From assembly GCF_963921235.1 (NCBI RefSeq), contig NC_086097.1, forward strand, positions 34,970,001-35,034,000: DNA of 64,000 nucleotides, given 5' to 3'. Below, piece by piece: positions 13,573 to 25,477 of this stretch (position 1 is the first letter of the stretch; each line of letters opens with the position of its first letter). Source of the DNA: Mobula hypostoma. Taxonomy: Eukaryota. Below the pieces are notes generated by a model that searched no databases, had not been told where the DNA came from, and saw only the letters and a program-made list of their open reading frames with translations. The position numbers and the translations under genes are program-made.

Positions 13573-14104
13573 CGCATTGGGTATTTGTCAGGGTTTTTAA
13601 TGGGTTCTTTTGGGTTTCTTGCTTTGTGGCTCCCTGTAAGGAGATGAATCTCAAGGTTGTATAATGTATACATACTTCGATAATAATTGAACTTTGAGAT
13701 GAAGTACACTTTGATAGCCAATTAAGTCATTGCTACCCTGACAACACCTGATATTCAGAAGTATTTCAAAAGTGATGATATATCAAACAAAAAATATTAA
13801 AATTATTCAAGGAAGAAAATCTTGAACAATCAAAAATATTGAACTAAATGTAACTAAGTCAAATATGTAAGTTGCTTAAATGTTAATTACCTTGACCCCA
13901 GTTGTTATTCCCCTCCATGCAAAACAGATCACATCACTGTTTAAACCCAGATGTAGCCCAGTGCAGTTTCAGAATGCACATGCCCTGTTGTAACTATTGG
14001 CGAAATTCTCCAGGCTCCTATCTGGTCATTATATTCAATTAGGAGTCAAATTTCTTGGCAGAGTCAGGAATTTGCCAGCAATGAGTGGCCATTATATTCA
14101 AGCT

Positions 14105-15117
14105 ACACACATCAAAGTTACTGGTGAATGCAGCAGGCCAGGCAGCATCTCTAGGAAGAGGTACAGTCGACGTTTCAGGCCGAGACCCTTCGTCAGGACT
14201 AACTGAAAGAAGAGCTAGTAAGAGATTTGAAAGTGGGAGGGGGAGGGGGATATCCAAAATGATAGGAGAAGACAGGAGGGGGAGGGATGGAGCCAAGAGC
14301 TGGACAGGTGATAGGCAAAAGGGGTACTAGAGGATCATGGGACAGGAGGACCAGGGAGAAAGAAAAGGGGGAGAGGGGGAAACCCAGAGGATGGGCAAGG
14401 GGTATAGTGAGAGGGACAGAGGGAGAAAAAGGAGAGAGAGAAAAAGAATGTGTGTATATAAATAAATAACGGATGAGGTACAAGGGGGAGGTGGGGCATT
14501 AACGGAAGTTTGAGAAGTCAATGTTCATGCCATCAGGTTGGCGGCTACCCAGACAGAATATAAGGTGTTGTTCCTCCAACCTGAGTGTGGCTTCATCTTT
14601 ACAGTAGAGGAGGCCGTGGATAGCCATGTCAGAATGGGAATGGGATGTGGAATTAAAATGTATGGCCACTGGGAGATCCTGCTTTCTCTGGCGGACAGAG
14701 TAGTTGTTCAGCGAAGTGATCTCCCAGTCTGCGTCGGGTCTCGCCAATATTCAGCGAAATGATCTCCCTCTCACTATACCCCTGGCCCATCCTCTGGGTT
14801 TCCCCCCTCCCCCTTTTCTTTCTCCCTGGGCCTCCTGTCCCATGATCCTCTCATATCCCTTTTGCCTATCACCTGTCCAGCTCTTGGCTCCATCTCTCCC
14901 CCTCCTGTCTTCTTCTATCATTTTGGATCTCCCCCTCCCCCTCCCACTTTCAAATCTCTTACTAGCTCTTCTTTCAGTTCATCCTGATGAAGGGTCTTGG
15001 CCCGAAACGTTAACTGTACCTCTTCCTAGAGATGCTGCCTGGCCTGCAGCGTTCACCAGCAACTTTGATGTGTGTGGCTTGAATTTCCAGCATCTGCAGA
15101 TTTCCTGGTGTTTGCAC
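14105..15117. mobile_element. Young Penelope-like insertion: inverted pLTR with GIY-YIG end (minus) joined to a direct pLTR (plus)
   Basis: 12-bp TSD tatattcaagct at 14093-14104 and 15118-15129; ORF 14499-14747(-) ends ...QPDGMNIDFSNFR; arms are reverse complements. Confidence 0.92.
14165..14200 (-). ncRNA. Minimal type I hammerhead ribozyme motif in Penelope pLTR
   Basis: Minus strand reads AGTC-CTGACGA-AGGGTCTCGGCCT-GAAAC-GTC-GACT: intact CUGANGA, GAAA and GUC core. Confidence 0.8.
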
Positions 15118-15569
15118 TATATTCAAGCTTTCTGTTTTCATTGAAGATCCCTGAATGTGGTAGCACTTAAGTGAAGAAGTGATGACAAATTAGATTCCAA
15201 AGCATCAGATGGAGAGAGCTTGAAACCATGGCTGGAACTCTCTAGCTCTCCAGCGTCAATGACAACCAACCCCTAGGATTACTGTCAGTCAGTTTAGGCA
15301 TTTACAACTCATGGTTTCATGCTTATAGTTTGATTTCTTATAACCTGCCTGACATTACTTGCAGATATTTCTAAGGACCACAATTTCAAAAAGCAGACTG
15401 CAAAAAGGTTGGGCCATTGTAGAAATAGACTTCAATACTGGTGGAAGTATCTCCCCAATGTGCTTTGGATGCATTTTGATATGTATTTGCAAACAGTACT
15501 AGGATATTTTGATTTGTAACATTCAAAAAACTCTACATGGTTTCTAAAATGATTTTGAAAGATTTAAGG

Positions 15570-15800
15570 GGATCCTTCATTCAGAGGGTGGTGTGAGTGT
15601 GGAATGAGCTGCCAACAGAAGTGATAGATCTGGGTTCAGCTGCAACATTTAAGGGAAGTTTGGATAGGTACATGGATGGGAGGGATTTGGAGGGCTATGG
15701 TCCAGATGTAGATCCATGGGACTAGGCAGAAGAACAGGTCAGCATGGACTAGATGGATCAAAGGGTCTGTTTCTGTGCTGGAGTGCTCTATGATTCTAAT
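15570..15800 (+). mobile_element. CR1 LINE 3' fragment
   Basis: cagagggtggtgtgagtgtggaatgagctgcca...tgtttctgtgctggagtgctctatgattcta. Confidence 0.75.
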
Positions 15801-16609
15801 CAGGATTTCAACTTCTGCAGAGTAATTACTAGATTAATTAAAACATAACACACAATTCAGTACACATTCACTATAAGGCATGCTAGAGTCTATGAATCAA
15901 TGTACATAGTACCAGATCAGGCACAGTTGTTGTTACTACACACACAAAATATTTTACAGATTCTTAAAGAGAGGGAAGCACTTAGTGTTACCTCTCTCAC
16001 TGAAGCAGTCAGGTGTGATGTAACTAGTGTATAATCAGATCGATAAAGTGGGCGGGCATCTGTAGCACGATAAAGATTAAATGGTCCCAGCATTAATAGA
16101 AACACTTACACGAGGCAGGATTTGGAAGGGCTGGAGAGTTCATGTGTTGACAAGTCTGAGAAGCTAATGGACAGGCTAACTCACCCTTCCACGTGCTTTT
16201 GAAATTTAGCTGTAACTACACAAGCTTTATTCTTTGGTATAGATTTCCATCCAGGAGTTACACTGATTAACTCTTGGCCGTGAGTATTCCAGAGAAGGCT
16301 ACGGGGCACAGGAAGAGATAGATATCTTCAATGGATACTTGGGACCAGATCCTGGGAGGTTGCATCCCTAACCCAGGATTGCAGCAGTCACCAGATCAAA
16401 TCTGGCATGGGGAGGGATGGGCAGACAGTTTTGTTTACAAGATCCCTAGGGCCCATTTCCAATCTGGTGAGGAAGCTCTTTGTATGAAGAGTGATCATAG
16501 GGTGTTTAGAAAAGTCTGGGAGTAAAACATTCCTGGCTCACAGGTGGTGAAGTAAATGCTCTTCTTTATGCATTATTTCCTGCCTTCAGCTGCCAAGGTT
16601 TCAAGAGAC

Positions 16610-17190
16610 TGGAAAATTCAAGTCAATTCAAGATTGTTTAATGTCATTTCTGGTACACAAGTGTAAAGAGAAAGCCCTTAACTCCAAGTGGAGTCATCGG
16701 GACACCGTCATGACGGTGTTTTTTTAGCAGGCTTTCTTATTTTTATGAGGCCAAATTGCTAGCTCAACGCTCAACCCAGCAGGGATGGAAAGCATGCAAG
16801 GGAGCCGGCTGGATTCGAACTCAGGAGCCTTGGCTCTGAAGTCCAGAATGAAATAATTGTTACTCAGGATTTGATATAGCACAAAAAAACCCACAATAAA
16901 ATAAAGAACTCAAGAATTAAGAAAGCACACAATAAATATAAATATGTAAGATTAGCTTATATACATCGACTGATTGTATGTCCATAAAGTCAAACTAGGC
17001 ACAGGTGTGTCTATACATAAGGTGACAGACAGGAAGTGATAAAGTAGTTGTAGTTGGAGGTGTGGTGGGGTGGGTTAGTGGGCGGAGGTGTTGATCAGCC
17101 TTACTGCTTGGGGAAAGTAACAGTTTTGGAGTCTGGTGGTCTTGGCATGAATGATACCTAGCCTCCTCCCCGATGGGAGCGGGACAACCG
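16610..17190 (-). mobile_element. Rex1/Babar-like LINE 3' fragment with a tRNA-derived SINE nested at ~16672-16846
   Basis: Minus ORF ...RYHSCQDHQTPKLLLSP resembles a frameshifted Rex1 C-terminus; nested SINE has B-box GAGTTCGAATCC on minus. Confidence 0.65.
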
Positions 17191-17802
17191 ATCAAGCCTG
17201 AAGCTATGAGACTTCCTTTAATGTTAAGAGCGGCAACCTTCAGCTGGGGAGCTGTCAGTCCCTTCATGAACAGATCGAAACCATATGAATGATTTTGGCA
17301 GTCTGCACTCAGACAACCAACAGACAGCAGAAATCTTTGGACTGTCCTTTAGTCTTTAAACACTGTAAACTTCAAAGAATGAATTGCCTGTGTCTCCACA
17401 TGCAACCTTAATAAAATTCTACAATTCTACAATGAGAGGACAGGAGAACTGGTTTGAGGGGGATAATAAATCAACCATGATGGAATGGTAGAGCAGACTC
17501 AATGGGCCGAATGGCCTAACTCTGCTCCTATGTCTTATGGTCTAAAGAGAAATAAACAGTTTGGCCTCTCTGATCCTTGTACTAGAAATTATTATGTACT
17601 GATCTGAAGATTTGACTGGTACTTAAAACCTTTTAAATTTTGGTTGTATTTTTTAGTTCAGTTCAGTTACTAAAAGCTTCCTTGCCTTTGCTGAATCTTG
17701 CCTTCCCATGAGATCATAGGGAAATGAATGTGCTATTTCAGTCCTGAAAAGGTTGCAATAAGAATAAATGAAAAGTGTTAAAGAAAGCGTTAAAAGTGTT
17801 AA

Positions 17803-18030
17803 CGGCACAGTAGTGTAGTGGTTAGCACAACGCTTTACAGTACCAGCAAACTGGATTCAGTTCCCGCTGCTCCTTGTATATTTTCCCTGTGACCGCGTGG
17901 GTTTCCTGCAGGCGCTCCAGTATCCTTCCACAGTCCAAAGATGTACCAGTTGGTAGGTTCATTGGTCATTGTAAGTTGTCTGGTGATTAGGAAGGCTAGG
18001 GTTAAATCAGGGGATTTCTGGGCAGTGAAG
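17803..18030 (+). mobile_element. tRNA-derived V-SINE (HE1-like)
   Basis: A-box tagtgtagtgg; V-domain-like gcgtgggtttcctgcaggcgctccagtatccttccacagtccaaagatgt. Confidence 0.75.
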
Positions 18031-20399
18031 CTCGAAGTCAAGATTATTATCATTTACCTTTTTATATGTATACTGGCAAATGAGACAACGTTTCTCCGGA
18101 CGAAGGTGTAAAGCACAGTACTACATGCAACAATTTAGGAAAGTAAGAATTAAATCTACAAATGAATTATGCATAGATGAACAAAGTAAAGTGCATAAAT
18201 TAAATACTGTGGGCTTCAGTACAAATTATCTGGTGACACTTTGAATGCGATGCGGCAGAAGTGTCACTGGATAATTTGTGTTGTACCTTACAAAGAGCTG
18301 GAAAAAGAAGGGCTTCAATAAATAAATAAATAAATGTTCTGCCCACCACATGGTTTGGGGAGAAGGATTTGGATGGGACAGACAAAATGACCACAGGCAG
18401 TCTCAACCTAATTTCTCATTGTGAGCAGTCCAGTGTACAGAATTATATCATGTTCGTCATTTTCACATGTGGAGTTTAGAAAAAATGACACTTCTAGACA
18501 GAATGCTGTAAAATTGGGGCTAGACTTTGTTATTGAGATTGCATAGAAATAAGTCAATTTCTACACCATAGAAGCTATAACTTTTAAGTTGCTACTGCAT
18601 CAAACTGTATAAATCTAAATTGCTCCTCACCTGGTTCCACCTACCTCATCCCTCCCCACACAACTCCTTCTACGGGCTATCTCCCCTCAACACTCAGTCC
18701 TGATGCAGGATCTCAATCCAAAATCCCAGTTGGCCGTTTGCCTTCACAGATGCCTGTTGACTCATTGAGCTCCGCGTAGTTTGTTTCTTTGCTCCAGATT
18801 TCCACGCCTGCTGTCTCTCTTGCATCTCTAAGTTGCTATTGTGCTTGATTTAGTCCTGGGAGGAGGAACATTGGCATAAAAATAATTGGTTAATGGATAT
18901 TGGTTAATTGAATATTGGTTTAAAAATTAGATTAATAAACTCATGAAGTAAATTAGCCCCTGAAAATCCATTCCTCCACAGATAAAGGAGCAATCAACCA
19001 ACTGCAGATGAATTTAATGAACAAGCAAAATTTATACAAATTTATTTTCTTCATGAATAAGACACCAACATGTTTCTATTGCTGAAACATGTACAAATGC
19101 CTTCCACAGATCACTCTTGCTTGAACTGTGCAAAATAAAGTGTTTAATTACCTCTTTCTGTACAATATAACACACATGAAGGATTGGGCAGATAGGGGAA
19201 TACCATATTCATAACGAGACCATTAAGAGAGGAAAATGTGCTTGCCTAGCACTCACGGGACTCCCACTAATCTCAAACGTCGCCAAACAAATTCGAGTCG
19301 GCACTGTTTGACTTGCTTACCAATGCAAATCTGAGGGACCAATGTACAGTAGGCAGGGATGTTGTGGGGGGGGGGGGGTAGGAATCTCATCTGATCTCAT
19401 TTGGAGGGGTATCAGTATGCATTCGCAATATTGTGGTGGATGCTTGCACAAGCCAAGCATGTATGCATCCAAAACCTCCATTCACACTTGTTTTCAGATG
19501 GTTATTCAGCAAAGGACTTGTTCCCCCTATCACCCATCTCTACTTAAGGACATCCCCCATTAATTTCCTTTGCTGGAAGTCTGTTTCACATATCCTCTCT
19601 ACTGAGGCCAGGAAAGATTTTCTTCATCTGAATCTGACCAAAATCTCTGTTGTCCTAAACCCAGCCCTCCAGTGCAGGGCTTACTTCATTTATATTAGTC
19701 ATACCTCATATGTTCTTTTCCCTATGCATGACCAGATTGAAGATAGATGGAAGATCATGATCATATGACACCGCACATAATGTTGATGATGAGCTCATAT
19801 GTTGTGTTATGGACCAGGGCTCCTTGCTTTCTCACCAACCAATTTTAATTTCTGTTTGGTAAAAACAGGCTGATCATTGACAATGCCTCTCACTTTGAAG
19901 TTGTCCATTCTTACCCTGGGAAAGTTGAAATCTTGCATTCCAAATCAGGCTTTAACTTAACAAATAATTGAATGCTTTCATTCCAGCTGACTGTACTGCT
20001 AAACTCATTCGTGACTGACAGATGACAGGGGGTTTGCATACTACACTGATTTTACGGAGTATTGATTGAGACACACGTGTACAAAGACGTTGATCTTAAC
20101 TGTATGGAAAAAAATGTTATACAATCTCTAACATGGCAGTCTGACTAAATATTTAGCAGTTTAAGGCTAGTACCAACTGTGGATTACAGATCTACCATCA
20201 TACAAACATATGCTTTAAATTACATTATACATCATAATACTGCACTTTATCAAACTCTCCTCACTCCAAAGCAACTTCCAAAAGTGCAATGCAGTGCGGT
20301 AAATCCATTTTAAATGATATTTATCCGAATGCAACGTATCCCACCTAGTTCTGACTTTGAGTGCAACACCACAGGACACCATAGATCGGAGGTAGCCGA

Positions 20400-20545
20400 C
20401 AGATTGGAGGGAGGAACTGCAGGGCGCCGACGCTGATTGACAGTTGCTCTCTCCATATATTCCAAAAAATGCAGGAGCCTCCGAACCGCCAAGGTGAGCA
20501 ACAGCAACAGATGCTGCTGATGCTGATCTATGTGTAGATAAAAAG
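20400..20545 (+). promoter_or_regulatory. Candidate GPHB5 promoter
   Basis: Unique, locally CpG-rich DNA with ATTGG (20403-20407), TGATTGACAG (20434-20443) and TATA-like catatat (~20454) and gataaaa (~20537), upstream of the 20716/20717 donor. Confidence 0.4.
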
Positions 20546-20702
20546 GTTTTTCTAGTCTGTGTTTTGTAAGAAGTTGGAAACGTGGCATTTATTTGAGTAA
20601 AAATTAAAGAAGACAATAATTATTTTGTGATTCATGAATACTGAGCAATAATTTGAAGAATATATTGCAAAAGAGACAGAAAAAGCAAATAAAGATCAAA
20701 AG

Positions 20703-20716
20703 ATGTCCAGCCACAG
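20703..20716 (+). CDS. GPHB5: GPHB5 probable first coding exon portion (MSSH plus AG of a split Arg codon)
   Basis: aagATG TCC AGC CAC AG|GTAAGT: consensus donor, A at -3, and phase 2 matches the acceptor at 22841/22842, giving an in-frame join. Confidence 0.7.
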
Positions 20717-22841
20717 GTAAGTAATACTTCCCCTAGTCTGGGATAATTTGCTTTTACAAGGTAAAACCAGCTTTGCTTAATCATTTGATGTCAGTGCTTG
20801 TTTTATAAAGTTTTATGAAAGTTGATGATGTTTGATAGCTCAGTTTTACATTATAAGTTTAATATTTTATGCATGATAAAAATGAATAGATTTATATTAA
20901 ATACCTGAGCCACACTCTAAGGGAATGCACAGAAATGAACACAAAGAGAGCTCTCCTTAGCAGGCATCAGCTACAATACTGCAAAAGAGCTACTTAGCTC
21001 TGTTATTACAAGCTTACAGTTTAAAGAGGATGAATTTGACCCACTGGCTTGCTTGCTTCTAATGCTTGAGCTCCAAAAGGCACGCGCTACAGTTATTTTG
21101 TAAGGTGATGTGCAATCAAAGCTGTAAGGAATTTTGCTGAAGAAAGTAGGCGACATCAGTAATTGTTAAATACAATAATGGAACTCACCTCTTGTATATT
21201 TTAACTACTGCCTGATAAGGTAATGCCTCATTTTTGGTGTTGACCTCTTAAAACCGAATTGTTGCCTTACTCGAAATTTTGTTTTAATTTAAGGTGCTGT
21301 AACTTACCATGGAATTTCAAATGAGCAAATTATACAGACATCTTCTTTACAAGAAGGCAGACATTTACAATTCAAATAGTTCTATTCTGAGATTGTTCTT
21401 TAATTTCCCCAAAGACTTAGCAGGCAGTTGTACCAGCCCATGAGCCACATAGATCAGGAGGTTTGTAATCAATAAGGTCACGCTGGCTTGCCTCCTGAAC
21501 AAGGACATTAAAAAAAAGTTTCACTAACCTGTACTCCATATTGGAACTTGTATGGGTGGGAATGAGAACAATTGTGGCTTTTAACAGTTAAGTAGATGAT
21601 CACGAAAGAAAGCCTGCATTTATATAGTACTTTTCATGATGAGAAGATATCCACACGGGTTTACATTCAATTCTGAATCTCAAAGCAAATAGCATCTAAT
21701 CCTTCACTGAACTGAAATACCAGCACAGTATCGGGAGGGGGACCAGAATCCACAAATATCTAAAGCAAAAGGCATGAGCTGAGCTGTGTCCAGGGAACTG
21801 CATGAGAGAGCGGAGGGATTTTAATTCACACACTGCAGAAAGAATTAGCATTTTGAAACGGGAAGAGTGAGCAAAAACAATGAAATAAACCCCTTAGGAG
21901 TAAATTCATTTTGGTCATTCATTAATTAACATTTTCTTAACTCTTGTGGTTTACTTTCACCTCGAAGGCCAGCCCTAGTGAAAAGTCTTGGCCCAAAGCA
22001 TCCACTGTTTATCCCCCTCCACCGATGCCTAACCTGATGAGCTCCTCCAGCAATCTGTGTGTGGCATTCTAAATTTTTGACTCCTTATTGATTCCATTTG
22101 CCTCTGAAAATGGGGAAGAATTTTCTGCAGTCTACTCCATGTATACTTCCCCTCATTTTATACACATCAATCCTGTCCCCTCCTAATCTTCAGGGAAAAC
22201 TGACCCTAACCTCTCCACCCTCTGCAGCACCATCACATCTTTCCTAAGGTGTGGTGACAGAACTGCATACAGTGTTCTAACTGAGGGCTGACCAATGAGT
22301 TATAAAATTGGAGCAAAACCACTTTGATCATGTACTCAGACCCCTGTCTAATGAAGGTCAATATCCCAAATGCCTTCTTAACCATGCTAATTTCATAACA
22401 TTTCATGTGAATTTATTTCCTGTAATAAATTACTAACCGTGCTTTAGCTTAAATAGTTTGATAATCCTTAAAATTAAAAACACATAGGGGGAAGAGTATA
22501 AACTTGCATAGCACATAAAGATAGTTTTCCAAATAAAAATCTCACTGTACATCTATTCTGTATTTTAAGTCGTAATTCTTTCAACACCACCTCTACTGTA
22601 ATAGAACATTATTTTGCAGAGGGCAAGTGTCATATCCGGCATTCATGAAGAAAGGAATGTTGTGTTATTTTACAATAATCATGCTTTGCATTATTACAAT
22701 TTCATAAAGACTGAAAAATAAATAATTTACCAAATTAATATTCTTTATTTTTCATGGACTGTCATTTGTTATACATGTGTTGCATAGTTCCTTGTTTTAT
22801 AGAATTTATTGTTAATAATGAAAAATGTGCATTTGTCTTAG

Positions 22842-23046
22842 ACTGAATCTGCAACATTTACTATGGGGGAGCATCATTCTTCAGTTCCTGGTCTTTTATG
22901 AAAATGCCCTTCCTGCCTCCACCATCAGCTTGCAAACGTTTATTGGCTGTGCTGTGAGAGAGTTTCGGTTCCTGGCCAGGAAACCTGGTTGTAAAGGATT
23001 GCGAATAACTACAGATGCATGCTGGGGACGATGTGAGACCTGGGAG
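22842..23046 (+). CDS. GPHB5: Glycoprotein hormone beta-5 (thyrostimulin beta), signal peptide and N-terminal cystine-knot exon
   Basis: ttgtcttag|A CTG AAT...; encodes LNLQHLLWGSIILQFLVFYENALPASTISLQTFIGCAVREFRFLARKPGCKGLRITTDACWGRCETWE; donor GAG|gtaaat; GCAVREF...LRITTDACWGRCETWE is diagnostic of GPHB5. Confidence 0.97.
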
Positions 23047-23596
23047 GTAAATGTATCATTGTTTCAAAATAACGTAATAGAACTTTTAGCCCAAATAACT
23101 TTCCTAATGAATAGGTAAAGAATTCTTCTAAATCTAAAACAATATTAAAATAATCTTGGATTTTCTGGTAGCACTGAATTCAATTCGAAACACAGAATTC
23201 CCACGAAGATATAATCAAATACATTGAAACCTATATACTATAACAACACTTGAAATGAGAATCCTTTTTTTAAGTGCTGATCATTGTGATGTTATTAAAG
23301 CAACAAGTATTTACTTTCAACATGGCTCAATGATTACCTTAATATATTGTGGCTACTTTATGGCTACCTGTGAGCAAACAGATCTCAAGAGTGTACAACT
23401 TATACATTCTCTGATAATAAAGGTAATTGAATTTTGAATACTTATTACTGGCAACATCATCATGGTAAATAAATTCTTCCATTTTATTATAACGTGATCA
23501 AATACTCGGGCCTATTAGAAGATACTACTGAGATTTCCTCTCTAAGTAACAATTTTATAAGAGATCAAAAATTTTAGATACCTTTTAAAAGATGAA

Positions 23597-23724
23597 GCTA
23601 CACACATAAAAGTTGCTGGTGAACGCAGCAGGCCAGGCAGCATCTCCAGAAAGAGGTACAGTCGACGTTTCGGGCCGAGACCCTTCATCAAGACTAATTG
23701 AAAGAAGAGGTAGTAAGAGATTAA
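23597..23724 (-). mobile_element. Short Penelope pLTR insertion in GPHB5 intron 2 (antisense, hammerhead core mutated to TTGATGA)
   Basis: 14-bp TSD ttttaaaagatgaa at 23583-23596 and 23725-23738. Confidence 0.85.
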
Positions 23725-24779
23725 TTTTAAAAGATGAATTGCTATAAATGTTGAGATGTAGTAAAACTTGGGTATCCATACACTCAGTGATTCAGGATTC
23801 AGGAATCCCTTCTTTCCCTTTGCTATCCAATTTCTGAACCCATGGACAGCACCACACTAATTTTTTATTTCTATTTTTGCACTATTTATTGAATTATTAA
23901 ATATAAATATATTACTGTAATTCACTGATTTTCCCCCTATATTCTCATGTACTGCATTGTACTGCTGCTGCAAAGTTAATGAATTTCATGATATTAAACC
24001 TGATTCTGATTCCTTGTGTATACAGCAAGGAAAGTTCACCTATAATTTCAGCAAGCGACTAGAAATTATATATATATTTTAATTACAAAGTGGTTTAAAG
24101 CTTTTCTGTGCCATTGGTCTCTGCTGTTTCAGTTCCTTGTTCCACAGGCACTGCCTGATTTGCTGAATGGGTTCAGCATCTTTTCTCGTTTTGTTTCAGA
24201 TTTCCAACATCTACCATTTTGTTTTGATTTATACTTTATACTTTATTGTCGCCAAACAATTGATACTAGAACGTACAATCATCACAGCGATATTTGATTC
24301 TGCGCCTCCCGCTCCCTGGATTACAAATCGATAGTAAATACTAAAAACTTAAATTATAAATCATAAATAGAAAATAGAAAAATGGAAAGTAAGGTAGTGC
24401 AAAACGAAAACCGAGAGGCACGTCCGGATATTTGGAGGGTACGGCCCAGATCCGGGTCAGGATTCGTTCAGCAGTCTTATCACAGTTGAAAAGAAGCTGT
24501 TCCCAAAACCTGCAATTTGTGTGAGACTTTAGTGAGGCCACACCTGTATCCAGTGATGGCTGTCTTACTGGATACAGATAGTTCTTTGGTAGAAAGATAT
24601 ACTTGTCATAGAGGAGTTGTAACAGTTTCTAAAATGATAAGGTTGTCCTATAAGGAAAATTCTAGTCGAATTGGTCCTCACTCAAAAGTATAAAAGCATT
24701 GGCAATCTCAGTGAAACGGAGATAATTCTTAGTCAGTCAGATATAATGAAAGCAGTGGTTTTATTTCTTGTTGAAAGGA

Positions 24780-25455
24780 ATTGAAAAAGGTGATACAGGT
24801 AGATAGTATCGTAAAGAGAGCTTTCGGCACATTGACCTTCATAAATCAAAGTACTGAGTACAGGAGTTGGGACATTATGCTGAAGTTGTATGACCCATTC
24901 GTGAGGCCTAATTTGGAGTATTGTGTGCTGTTCTGCTTACCTACCTACAGGAAGGATATCAATAAGATTGAAAGAGTGAGAGAAAATTTACAAGGATGTT
25001 GCCAGTACTTGATTATATTTCGGGAAAGGTTGAAATAGGCTCGGATTTTATTCCTTGGAGCATATGAGAATGCAGGAAGATTTGATAGAAGTATATACTG
25101 TAAAACTATGAAGTGTGAATATAGGGTAAATGCAAGCAAGCCTTTTTCCACTGAAGTTGAGTGAGACTAGGACTAGAGGTCATGGGTTAAGGATGAAAGG
25201 TGAAATGTTTAAGGCGAACATGGGGAGGAACCTCTTCACTCAGAAGGTGGTGAAAGTGTGAAATGAGCTGCCAGCGGAAGTTGTGATTTGGGTTTGATTC
25301 CACCATTTAAGAGAAATTTGGACAGGTACATGGATAGGAGAGGTATGAAGGGCTAAGGTCCTGGGGCAGGTCAATGGGACTAGGCAGAATGATAGTTTGG
25401 CATGGCCAGAGAGCCTGTTTCTGTGCTGTCCTGTTCTATGACTTTATGACTCTAA
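24780..25455 (+). mobile_element. CR1 LINE 3' fragment in GPHB5 intron 2
   Basis: ORF VKRAFGTLTFINQSTEYRSWDIMLKLY..FVRPNLEYCV; ends ctatgactttatgactcta. Confidence 0.85.
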
Positions 25456-25477
25456 AAATCTAGAACTAGTTTTAGGA

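Noticed and set aside
13412..13721. ORFs with ER/SL repeats
   Set aside because: Translations of the (CT)n microsatellite
14039..15144. Recurrent peptides such as SPDEGSRPETSTVPLPRDAAWPAAF suggesting a multicopy gene family
   Set aside because: They are translations of the Penelope pLTR and hammerhead sequence
20215..20616. 133-aa minus-strand ORF head-to-head with GPHB5, considered as GPHA2 or a novel gene
   Set aside because: No cystine-knot pattern or recognisable motif; overlaps the putative promoter and is likely incidental
22825..23118. ORF-track 97-aa protein starting MCICLR as a complete gene
   Set aside because: The ATG lies just upstream of the splice acceptor and the tail runs through the GT donor at 23047; only 22842-23046 matches GPHB5
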